A program made the position numbers and the translations under genes. From Planctomycetota bacterium (GTDB lineage: Bacteria > Planctomycetota > GCA-002687715 > CAIWVZ01): a DNA stretch of 64,000 nt. The first letter of the stretch is position 1; every line of letters begins with the position of its first letter. The stretch covers positions 128,001 to 192,000 of the forward strand of contig JBGANV010000004.1 of NCBI GenBank assembly GCA_044222185.1, in the 5' to 3' direction. The notes beneath the pieces were generated by a model, which did not search any database, was not told the origin of the DNA, and saw only the letters and a program-made list of their open reading frames with translations. Of the stretch, positions 1 through 8,605 are shown one piece after another.

Positions 1-11
1 CCACAGCCCGC

Positions 12-375
12 TCACTGGACGAACATCAGCCGCCCATCCGATCCCGCAGAGGCTATCGGCGACGCCGATTGCGGCCGATAACGCGAATGCGACGCCGGAC
101 GGTGCGGTCCTACTGATGGGCGCCAAGATCGGGTTACCTCCCCGGCCCGCGCGCCGCCTCCCCAGCTGGATTCGACTTGGTCTTCAGCAGCGTCGGTTGT
201 CGCCGTCGTGGTTACGCCACAATGGCTCGTCGTTCAGAACAGCTCGAGGGCGACGAGGAGCGACGCGGTTTCCCCGCTCTTCGGTCCGCTGATCGCCGCG
301 GTGAACCGCATGAAGCCGGAGCCAAGGACTCGGCCGCGGAACCCGGCGCCGATCGGGCGAAAGTAGTGCCCGTTC
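12..375 (-). pseudogene. Frameshifted relic of the 3' end (C-terminal domain) of a paralog of the FG-GAP protein at 1809-4391
   Basis: Minus-strand fragments SASPIASAGSDGRLMFVQ* and TAPSGVAFAL match DSASPIAFAGSNGLLMFVQ* and ATPPGLVFAM of the 1809 protein. DNA at 12-70 resembles 1809-1867. The upstream boundary is approximate. Confidence 0.65.
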
Positions 376-403
376 CCCTTCGGCAGTAGCGGCATCGCCG
401 ACC

Positions 404-982
404 TCAGTTCCCGGCTTCGCCAGGAAGCAGCCACCAGCCGGCGACCGTGAATTCGCCGTTTGGGGACGCTGGAGGTGCCAGCTGCCCCCAACCCGTGTTT
501 CCGCTGCCCTCGATGCGGCCAGGAAGGATGTCGATTGTGAGTGCCTGACCGGGCTTGACGATCACCGGTGGGTTGAACTCATACCGGTCCGAACCGACGG
601 AATTCAGATTCGGGATGCTGAATATCCGCCTCCTCACGCCGTCGACAAGTACGATCACGCGCACCGCGAGAGTCGTGCCACCTATTTGTTGATTGGGGAT
701 CCCGGAGATCTCCGTAATCGCAGCGCCTGTGTCCGTCGGAAACTGTGTCGTGCATGAACACTCATTTCCGAAGAACTGCGTCGTAGACGAAGACCATGGG
801 ATGGGCGCTGGCAGCGGAACGGCGTAGTTGAAGGCGCGGTCCAACGTGAGGTCCGACAGACGGACTGGGAGCGTACGCACCGAATTGGCGACGCTGCCGA
901 GGGTTCGGCGGGGCGCCCCAGGCGAGTCGATCCAAGAGAGCGACACGAGCGTGAGCAGGGCGCCGACCGTAATCTTCATCAT
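404..982 (-). CDS. Hypothetical exported beta-rich protein
   Basis: 192-aa ORF with signal-like N-terminus (MMKITVGALLTLVSLSW) and normal protein-like composition, unlike the Arg-rich shadow ORFs. Confidence 0.6.
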   Translation of the reverse strand: MMKITVGALLTLVSLSWIDSPGAPRRTLGSVANSVRTLPVRLSDLTLDRAFNYAVPLPAPIPWSSSTTQFFGNECSCTTQFPTDTGAAITEISGIPNQQIGGTTLAVRVIVLVDGVRRRIFSIPNLNSVGSDRYEFNPPVIVKPGQALTIDILPGRIEGSGNTGWGQLAPPASPNGEFTVAGWWLLPGEAGN

Positions 983-1009
983 CTTGCTATCTCTTGACCG
1001 TACAATTAT

Positions 1010-1511
1010 TCACGAATTGAGTGTGTTGGCTGTGACCGCGATTGTGGCGGAGGAGCCCGCAGTGGCCTCCACTCGAACTCGCACGAACGCTGCGCCTTTG
1101 CGCTCGGGGTCGATCAGGTTGCTCTTGATGACACTCGGAGTCGATGTTGCGACGTCGATGGCCATCAACCCGCAGCGCCAGCCGAAGCCACCGACCACCG
1201 GCGGCAACGTTGAACGGCGAGGGACTGCTGGGCGAAATGGAACCCTGTTTCGACTCGACACCGGTGAAATCGAGCAGGCGCGTCATCGGCGAAGGGGCGC
1301 CCGCCAGCCAGTTCCAGGCATCGAGCGTCGAGCTCCATTGGACGTACAGCCCAACGGACGGCGAGCCACTTGTCACGGACATCGCCAGCACCGTCGCGCT
1401 CACGTGGACGCCTGAGAGCCCACCCGCTGGGAAGCCCTGCGTGTAGAAGAACTCCGGCGTTGCCGCGCTGCCCGCGACGATGAACTCACGTGCGACCTGG
1501 ATGGTCGGCAT
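1010..1511 (-). pseudogene. Small beta-sandwich-like hypothetical gene, frameshifted or fused near 1165
   Basis: MPTIQVAREF...GGRWLRLALRV is protein-like, then that frame degenerates. A second frame continues MAIDVATSTP...AFVRVRVEATAGSSATIAVTANTLNS* to 1010. Confidence 0.5.
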
Positions 1512-1808
1512 GGCCTGTTCACGCCCGTTGCGTGCCCGATTGCCTGTGTCGGCCGCGACGCCACGCACGCGCGTGAACTCCATCGCGGAGGCGGCAGTCT
1601 AGTCCCGCCGCCTAGTTTGGTGCAAGAGCGCACCGACTTCTCTTCGCCGGATGCAGGCGGTCTGATTCGAAACCGCGAAAGCCTCCGGCGCCACCGAGTT
1701 TGGCGTTTCGCGGCGGGGCACGATCGACGCCAACGCCTTCGCCGCGGGCAAGTGACGGCGATCGGGAGGTTTCGGCGCACCGCGCGCGCCGATCGCCGCG
1801 CGACATCG

Positions 1809-4391
1809 CTACTGCACGAACATCAGCAGGCCGTTCGAGCCGGCGAATGCGATCGGCGATGCCGAGTCGGCGACGGCGATCTGCATAGCGAACACGAGAC
1901 CCGGCGGCGTGGCGGCGCCGAGGGGAATCGAGAGCGTGTGATGGCCCTGGCCTGCAACCGGAAGCCCAAAGGTCGTGATGGGGAAGAGCGCGAGGCCGTT
2001 CGGGTCGACGTAGAGGCGGCAGCCGGAACCGAGCGAGATCGAGGTCGATCCCGTCCCTGCGACGAGCCAGGCGGGTGCGCCGCCGAGGACGCCCTCGACG
2101 TGGAGGACCATCGTCCCTCCTGGGGTCGCGCAGCCGTCGGCCCACAGCGTGGGAACGAATCCACCGCTCCCCGGACAGCCGACACCGTAGGGGACGGCGT
2201 GGCCTGAGCAGCCCGTTCGATTGCGGTAGATGACGACGGCATCCGACGCACCATCGAGCGTCACCGCATCGAGCTGCATGTCGCGATCGGCATCCACGAG
2301 CCGGATGCGCAATCCATTGGCACTGACGAACGGGCCGTCGAACGTGAACGTGCCGGCGCCGTCGTTGAGGATCACCGCGCCCGTCGCGACGACCACGTCG
2401 ACGTCGCCATCACCGTCGATGTCCCCTACGCTAGCGACCCCACCGAGCCCGGTGACGAGGTTCGAGGGCGCGAACTGCGCCGCCGGGCCGAACGTGCCGT
2501 CGCCATTTCCGTGGCGGACCCACAGCCCCAAGAGGCACTCGATCACGTCGAGGCTGCCGTCACCGTCCACGTCGGCGAGATGCGGCTGCGAGACGGCCGA
2601 ATCGGGAACGGACGGCATCACGGTGAACGTTCCATTGCCGTTGCCGCGGGCGAAGGTGATGGAACCCGCCCCATAGGCCGGCGGCGTCGTGAAGACGAGA
2701 TCGAGGATCCCGTCACGATCCACGTCGGCCACGGCCGGCACCGACGGCGGCGCGATCGGCGGGCAGTTCCCCGTGCAGATCGGCGCGACGATCGGCGCAC
2801 CGAAGCCGGCGATACCGTTCCCGAGCAGCACCGAGACGGCGGCGTCGCGAACCACGAGATCAAGATTGCCATCGCCGTTGACGTCGGCGACGGTCAACGC
2901 CGAAGGCGCGCCATTCGTGGGCACGAAGCTCGGCGCCAGGAACCCGCCCTGGCCGTCACCCGCGCGAACCGAGATGCCGTTGAACGTCCCGACGGCCGCG
3001 AGCAGGTCGAGCGCGCCATCGTGATTCACGTCGGCGAGCTTCACGTCGAAGATGGGAACGGGCGCTTGGATCACGGTCGTGATCGGAGCATCGCGCAGCG
3101 ACCGCACGATCGTGTACGTCCCCGCGGTGCCGGAACGCGTGGAGATCACTGCGTCGAGTCGCCCGTCGCCGTCGAGGTCGCCGAGGTCGAATGCCGACGT
3201 CGGGTCGATCGTGCCTACGGGGATGACCTCCGGCGCAACCAATCCCGCGGCGCCGCGGCTCGGATAGAGCCTGGCCTCGGTGGCGCTGAACCAGACGACG
3301 TCGCGGAGCCCATCGCCCGTGAAGTCGCAGGTCCCAACCCCCCAGAACGTGGAGCTCTCGCGTTGATCGATCAGTTGCGGGGCATTGAATGTGCCCGAGC
3401 CGTCGTTCACGCAGCACACGAGGACGGCGCCGGGCGCGCCACTGCCGTCGGGGTCGAACAGGAGGACGTCTGGTCTCCCATCGCCACTGACGTCGGCGAG
3501 GATCGGCCCGCTCGAACATGCGCGGGGAACGAGGAGCACGGACCCGACGGGAACGAATCCGCCTGCTGGCTGACGCGTGAGCGTTTGCACGCCCGTCATG
3601 GCGGAGTTCGCCACCGTGCCGGAGAGCACGTAGTCGTCGAGCCCGTCGCCGTTCATGTCGCTCACGGCCAGGGCATAGGCATTGGACCATCCGGTGGCGA
3701 CGACGAGCGGCGCGCCGAACGTGCCGTCGCCAGCATTGCGCCGCACGGTGACGATCCCGTTGGAGACTTCGTGGAGATCGTCATCGCCGTCGTGGTCGTC
3801 GTCGGAGAGGACGGCATAGCTCGAGGTGACGGGCCACTCGATTGGGGCCGAGAACGAGCCGGTGCCCGTTCCGAACACGATGGACGAGCTGAGGCCGTCA
3901 CCGAGGACGAGGTCGCCAATGCCGTCGCCGTTCAAGTGCCCGAGCGACGCGCGGGTGTAATTCGCCGGAACCGGGATGACGATCGACGCCGTGAAATCGA
4001 GTGCGCCATCGTTGAAGTGGATGCGGATGTGCGGACCGAGGGCGCCGTCGCCGTGGCAGACGAGGACGACGTCTTCGTCGCCGTCACCGTCGACGTCGTC
4101 GAGGAACGCGTGCGTCGGATACTGGGACGAGGGGAACGCGACCCCGGGGCTTTGGAACGACCCGCCCGTGGCACGGCAGAGGATGAGGGCGCTGCCGCCC
4201 CAACTCGGGCCGATGCAATCCGCCGCGCCGTCATGGTCGAGGTCGACCAGAAGGCCGCGGCTCATGCTCACGACGGATCCGCCGGGCAAGACCCCGCGGA
4301 GGGGAACGGTGGAACCGGGAAACACCGACGCCTGGGCACTCAGCACGCCACTGAGCGCAAACACTGCCAGAAGGGAGCGACGTGTCGTCAT
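1809..4391 (-). CDS. Secreted FG-GAP/VCBS repeat beta-propeller protein with a conserved C-terminal domain
   Basis: Many DxDGDGxxD repeats (DVDGDGDED, DLDGDGRLD, DVNGDGNLD). Signal peptide MTTRRSLLAVFALSGVLSA. GGAGGA RBS upstream of ATG 4391. Confidence 0.9.
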   Translation of the reverse strand: MTTRRSLLAVFALSGVLSAQASVFPGSTVPLRGVLPGGSVVSMSRGLLVDLDHDGAADCIGPSWGGSALILCRATGGSFQSPGVAFPSSQYPTHAFLDDVDGDGDEDVVLVCHGDGALGPHIRIHFNDGALDFTASIVIPVPANYTRASLGHLNGDGIGDLVLGDGLSSSIVFGTGTGSFSAPIEWPVTSSYAVLSDDDHDGDDDLHEVSNGIVTVRRNAGDGTFGAPLVVATGWSNAYALAVSDMNGDGLDDYVLSGTVANSAMTGVQTLTRQPAGGFVPVGSVLLVPRACSSGPILADVSGDGRPDVLLFDPDGSGAPGAVLVCCVNDGSGTFNAPQLIDQRESSTFWGVGTCDFTGDGLRDVVWFSATEARLYPSRGAAGLVAPEVIPVGTIDPTSAFDLGDLDGDGRLDAVISTRSGTAGTYTIVRSLRDAPITTVIQAPVPIFDVKLADVNHDGALDLLAAVGTFNGISVRAGDGQGGFLAPSFVPTNGAPSALTVADVNGDGNLDLVVRDAAVSVLLGNGIAGFGAPIVAPICTGNCPPIAPPSVPAVADVDRDGILDLVFTTPPAYGAGSITFARGNGNGTFTVMPSVPDSAVSQPHLADVDGDGSLDVIECLLGLWVRHGNGDGTFGPAAQFAPSNLVTGLGGVASVGDIDGDGDVDVVVATGAVILNDGAGTFTFDGPFVSANGLRIRLVDADRDMQLDAVTLDGASDAVVIYRNRTGCSGHAVPYGVGCPGSGGFVPTLWADGCATPGGTMVLHVEGVLGGAPAWLVAGTGSTSISLGSGCRLYVDPNGLALFPITTFGLPVAGQGHHTLSIPLGAATPPGLVFAMQIAVADSASPIAFAGSNGLLMFVQ

Positions 4392-4528
4392 GACGGAATC
4401 CTCCAACGAGTGCACGGGATCGTCCGGGCACCGGCGCATGATTGCCGCAGGATACCGCCGCGTTGCGGATTCGGGGGAACTGGCCGGGGATCGTGTCGCC
4501 ATCGGCGTCCGAACCCCGGCCGCGCCCT

Positions 4529-5155
4529 TCAGTTCAACAGTTCGTCATGCATGGACGAAACCAGGAACAGCACGCAGCCGGTGTCCGTCGACTGAACCAC
4601 GTGCTCGGAGCGGTGTTCCGCCCGCTGGTAGTCGCCGGCGCGCATGAGCAGGCTGCCCACGCGGAGCTGGCCGGAGATCACGTAGCACTCCTCCACACCC
4701 CCGTGACGGTGGCTCGGGTAGGCCGTTCCGGGCGCCATGCGGACGAGCATCGTCACGCGCTCGGCGACGGGGTCCACGAACAGGCGGCGGGCTTCGATGC
4801 CCTCGATCGCCGTGCGCTCCCACCCCGTCTCGTCGGAGGCGACGAACGTCATGTCCATGGGCGTGCCCGTGTCCTTCCAACCCTTCCAGGGCTGGATCGA
4901 CTTGGGCTCGGCGTCCGCGTCGCCGCGGATGCGATCGAAGATCCGCCGCTCGAGCTCCGCCGGCGGCTCGGCCTCCGGCGCGAGGAACGCGAGTTGGGCT
5001 GCGGCCGCGAGCTGGGCGTCCGCCTCGGCGCGGCAGGCATCGCAGCGATCGAGGTGCCCCTCGTATGCCGACGCTTCCGCCTGACCCATGCCTCCGAGCG
5101 CGTAGAGCACGGCCTGGTCACGGAGCGCGTCGTCGATCTTCACATGCGGGGTCAT
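4529..5155 (-). CDS. ChrR-like anti-sigma factor (zinc-binding anti-sigma domain plus cupin)
   Basis: HLDRCDAC (HxxxCxxC) and cupin motif PSHRHGGVEECYVISG. ATGA overlap with the stop of the upstream sigma gene. Confidence 0.88.
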   Translation of the reverse strand: MTPHVKIDDALRDQAVLYALGGMGQAEASAYEGHLDRCDACRAEADAQLAAAAQLAFLAPEAEPPAELERRIFDRIRGDADAEPKSIQPWKGWKDTGTPMDMTFVASDETGWERTAIEGIEARRLFVDPVAERVTMLVRMAPGTAYPSHRHGGVEECYVISGQLRVGSLLMRAGDYQRAEHRSEHVVQSTDTGCVLFLVSSMHDELLN

Positions 5156-5769
5156 TGCGGCCCCTCCTCTTCCTCGGTGCCAAGCGCTCGGCGAAGTTCG
5201 CAGAGCGCCGCTCGGATACGCGTCTTGACGGTTCCCACGGGCACGCCGAGAGCGGCGGCCGTTTCCGAATAGCTGAGTCCGCCGAAATAGGCGGTCTGGA
5301 TCGCTTCGCGTTGGACGCTCGGGAGTCGGCCCACGGCTTCCCGGACCTGGCGCGCGGACTCGGCGCCGAGGCACGTGGATTCTGGGGTGGTCGACCCGCA
5401 GGCCTTGTCGGCGCAGGTGTCGAGCGATTGGCGCCGCGCGGCGTGGCGCGCCCGCGATCGCAAGAGATCCAGGCACCGCGAGCGCGCGATCGAGAGGATC
5501 CAGGTCCAAGCGTCGCCGCGCGCGGGGTCGAAGGTCTCGGCCGTGCGCCAGATCTGCGTGAAGGTTTCGAGCGTGGCGTCATCCGCCGAATTGGCGTCGC
5601 GGCAGATGGCGAGGGCCAATCCGTAGACGCGGCGCTTCGTCAAGTCATAGAGCCGGGAGAACGCCGACTCATCCCGCCCGGCGGCTGACGCGAGGAGCCG
5701 TGCGAGGAGCTTTTGCTCGTCGACGGGTCGCGGGGATTCGTCGGGTGATGGTCGCGCGGTTCGGGTCAT
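5152..5769 (-). CDS. ECF RNA polymerase sigma-70 factor (RpoE/SigK-like)
   Basis: Region 2 AFSRLYD...WTWILSIARSRCLDLLR; region 4 AYFGGLSYSETAAALGVPVGTVKTRIR. Confidence 0.92.
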   Translation of the reverse strand: MTRTARPSPDESPRPVDEQKLLARLLASAAGRDESAFSRLYDLTKRRVYGLALAICRDANSADDATLETFTQIWRTAETFDPARGDAWTWILSIARSRCLDLLRSRARHAARRQSLDTCADKACGSTTPESTCLGAESARQVREAVGRLPSVQREAIQTAYFGGLSYSETAAALGVPVGTVKTRIRAALCELRRALGTEEEEGPQ

Positions 5770-5780
5770 TCGGTCGGGTG

Positions 5781-5806
5781 TACGTCGCGGGTTGCGGATC
5801 GGATTT
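5781..5806 (-). promoter_or_regulatory. Putative ECF-dependent autoregulatory promoter AAATCC-N16-CGTA
   Basis: Lies just upstream of sigma ATG 5769; same motif and spacing as the divergent copy at 5852-5877. Confidence 0.6.
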
Positions 5807-5851
5807 CCGGGCGGCGCAAATCCTAACGGCGGGCGGTTCGAGGCGAGGATC

Positions 5852-5877
5852 CAATCCGCGGACCCGCGTCGCGCGTA
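5852..5877 (+). promoter_or_regulatory. Putative ECF-dependent promoter CAATCC-N16-CGTA for the DUF4331 operon
   Basis: CAATCC at 5852-5857, 16-nt spacer, CGTA at 5874-5877. Resembles the ATCC/CGTA-type promoters of RpoE/SigK-like ECFs. Confidence 0.6.
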
Positions 5878-5929
5878 ATGGCCCCGGCCGGATCGCCTTT
5901 CCCCGGCGACCGCCAGGAAAACCACCCTC

Positions 5930-7426
5930 ATGAAGATGAAGATTCCCTCCACGCGCATCCTTCCGCTGCTTGGGGTTGCGTCAGTCGTCGCGTTGCTGAT
6001 CGCCGCCGGAATGGCGCCTTCCAGCCACCGCGAAGCCCCGTTCGTGACCCTCCATCCCAAGATCGACGGCACGGACTTCTACATGTTCCGCAGCTACGAG
6101 CCGGGCCGGTCGGACTTCGTCACGATCGTGGCGAACTACCAGCCGCTCCAGGCTCCTTACGGCGGGCCCAACTACTTCTCGTTGGACCCGAACGCCCTGT
6201 ACGAGATCCACATCGACAACACGGGGGACTGCAAGGAGGACCTCACCTTCCAGTTCAAGTTCCAGAACAACGTCCAGGACCTGGCGCTGCAGATCGGTCC
6301 GCCCGGCCAGGAGAAGACGGTGTCCGTGCCGCTCATCAACACGGGTCCGATCGCGGCGGGGAGCACGAGCTCGCTCAACGTCATCGAGACGTACGAGGTG
6401 ACGCTCGTGCGCGGCGACCGCCGCACGGGCCAGCGGTTCCCGATCACGAACGCGTCGACCGCCGCCACGACGTTCACCAAACCCGTCGACAACATCGGGA
6501 ACAAGTCGATCCCCAATTACGACGCCTACGCGGCGACGCACGTCTACGACATCAGCATCCCCGGATCGCCCGTGCCGGGCCGCATGTTCGTGGGCCAGCG
6601 CAAGGATCCGTTCGTCGTGAATCTGGGCGAGGTGTTCGACCTGGTGAACCTGGATCCCGTCGGCGCGCCCAACGCGAAGCCTGATCTCCTCGCCGACGCC
6701 AACGTCACGTCGCTCATCCTCGAGCTTCCCATTTCGTTCCTCGCGTCGGGAACGAGCGGGAGCGTGATCGGCGGCTGGACGACGGCGAGCATGCGGCAGG
6801 CGCGGGTCTTGAACCCCGCACCGAACACCGCGCGCGGTCCGTCGCTCGAGGGCGGGGCCTTCGTCCAGCAATCGCGGCTCGCGAACCCGTTGTTCAACGA
6901 GGTCATCGTTGGACTGAAGGACAAGGACAAGTTCAACGCCAGCGAACCGAAGGACGACGCGCAGTTCATCGACTACGTCACGCATCCGACCGTGCCGGCG
7001 ATCCTCCAGGCGTTGTTCGGCGTGACGGCGCCGACGCTCTTCCCGCGGGCCGACCTCATTCAGGTGTTCTACACGGGCGTGCCCGGCCTGAACGCGACGA
7101 CGGGATGCCAGGGCGAGATGATGCGCCTCAACACGGCGACGTTGCCGACGCCGGCGGGATCGCAGAATCGCCTCGGTGTGATCGGCGGTGACATGGCGGG
7201 CTATCCCAATGGTCGTCGCCCGGGCGACGACGTGGTGGACATCTCCCTCCGCGCCGTGATGGGCGTGCTGCTTCCGCTGGCCGACGCGCCGTCGGGTCAG
7301 CTGCCGTACACGGACGGAGCGTTCGTGGACGACACGGCGTTCGATTCCGTGTTCCCGTACTTGAAGACGCCGCTGCGCGGTTCGCCGAACCCCGTGGGAC
7401 CGGGCAACACCCTGCAGGGAAAGTGA
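5930..7426 (+). CDS. DUF4331 family secreted protein
   Basis: Signal peptide followed by SSHREAP; D.YMFRSYEPGR; GYPNGRRPGDDVVDI; FPYL. Confidence 0.9.
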   Translation: MKMKIPSTRILPLLGVASVVALLIAAGMAPSSHREAPFVTLHPKIDGTDFYMFRSYEPGRSDFVTIVANYQPLQAPYGGPNYFSLDPNALYEIHIDNTGDCKEDLTFQFKFQNNVQDLALQIGPPGQEKTVSVPLINTGPIAAGSTSSLNVIETYEVTLVRGDRRTGQRFPITNASTAATTFTKPVDNIGNKSIPNYDAYAATHVYDISIPGSPVPGRMFVGQRKDPFVVNLGEVFDLVNLDPVGAPNAKPDLLADANVTSLILELPISFLASGTSGSVIGGWTTASMRQARVLNPAPNTARGPSLEGGAFVQQSRLANPLFNEVIVGLKDKDKFNASEPKDDAQFIDYVTHPTVPAILQALFGVTAPTLFPRADLIQVFYTGVPGLNATTGCQGEMMRLNTATLPTPAGSQNRLGVIGGDMAGYPNGRRPGDDVVDISLRAVMGVLLPLADAPSGQLPYTDGAFVDDTAFDSVFPYLKTPLRGSPNPVGPGNTLQGK

Positions 7427-7433
7427 GGCGCAG

Positions 7434-7688
7434 ATGAAGATTCCACGCCGTACTACCGAGCGCTGGGCCTTCGGACTCGCGTTGTCGTCGCTGCTCGCTC
7501 TCTCGAGCTGCGGCGGCGGCGGACGTGACGAAGTGACCAACGCGGTGGACTACGCCTCGTTCGTACGCAACCAGGTGACGCAGCCCTCCGACACGGCGCC
7601 ACCGGTGGACGTGAACGAGATCGTCTTCCTGAACCAGGACAGCGAAGACCCGCACCTGTTCGACTCGCTGTTCGATGCGGGCAACTGA
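7434..7688 (+). CDS. Small hypothetical lipoprotein
   Basis: Lipobox LSSC followed by GGGG; 7 nt after the DUF4331 stop. Confidence 0.75.
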   Translation: MKIPRRTTERWAFGLALSSLLALSSCGGGGRDEVTNAVDYASFVRNQVTQPSDTAPPVDVNEIVFLNQDSEDPHLFDSLFDAGN

Positions 7689-7716
7689 CGACGGAACGGA
7701 TTCCTTGGAGACTTGC

Positions 7717-8565
7717 ATGAAGATTCCGGGCAGGGGCGCAGCGTCGCTGATCGTGCTTGCAGTGGGCACGGCCGCGTTCGCGCACGACTTCTGGATCGAG
7801 CCTCTGGACTTCCGTCCCGCGGCGAACGCGATCGTGAAACTCCGGCTCCTCGTCGGCGACTTTTTCATCGGGGAGGGCGTCGCTCGCGACGCGAAGCGGA
7901 TCCGCGAGTTCGTGCTGATCGATCCTGCGGGAAAGAAGAAAGAGATCGTGGGCGTCGAGGGGGCGGACCCCGCTGGCATGGTCCGGCTGGGCGACGCCGG
8001 GCTCTACATCGCGAGCTACCGCAGTCAGAATGCGCGCGTCGAACTTTCCGGACCCAAGTTCGAGTCGTACTTGCGCGAGGAGGGGCTCGAGTTCGTCTCC
8101 GAACTCCGCAAGTCCCAAGGCAAGTCTGATGCCGGCGCGAAGGAGACGTACTCGCGCTGCGCGAAGACGCTTCTTCGCGTGGGATCGGGCGGGGGCGGCG
8201 ATCCGGCGCGGCGGCTGGGCCTGCCGCTCGAGATCGTCGCCGAGGCGGATCCGTACGCTCGCACCGCCGGCGACGCGCTGGCGTTCCGCGTGTTCTTCCA
8301 GGACGCCCCGCTGAAGAACGTGAAGGTCACGGCGCTCAACCGGACTGCGCCGGATCATTCGCTGTCGACGACCGAGGCGCGGACGGACGCCGAGGGGCGT
8401 GCGTCGCTGGTGCTGTCGCGACCGGGGACCTGGCTCGTGACGGCCGTCCACATGATCGAGGCCGCCCCGGAGAAGGACGCCGACTGGGAGAGCTTCTGGG
8501 CGTCGCTCACGTTCGACCTCGCGCCGGCCGTCGAGTCACGCCCCGCTTCGCGGCCCGCGCGCTGA
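7717..8565 (+). CDS. DUF4198 family periplasmic protein (metal-uptake associated)
   Basis: Signal peptide then HDFWIEP; YSRCAKTLL; LGLPLEIV; RTDAEGRA; WESFWASLTF. Confidence 0.88.
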   Translation: MKIPGRGAASLIVLAVGTAAFAHDFWIEPLDFRPAANAIVKLRLLVGDFFIGEGVARDAKRIREFVLIDPAGKKKEIVGVEGADPAGMVRLGDAGLYIASYRSQNARVELSGPKFESYLREEGLEFVSELRKSQGKSDAGAKETYSRCAKTLLRVGSGGGGDPARRLGLPLEIVAEADPYARTAGDALAFRVFFQDAPLKNVKVTALNRTAPDHSLSTTEARTDAEGRASLVLSRPGTWLVTAVHMIEAAPEKDADWESFWASLTFDLAPAVESRPASRPAR

Positions 8566-8605
8566 GCGAGCGCGCGAGCCGCATTCGTCTCGAGCGCGGC
8601 GCGTC

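Noticed and set aside
177-389. 70-aa plus-strand ORF
   Set aside because: No motifs; better explained as antisense to the minus-strand gene relic.
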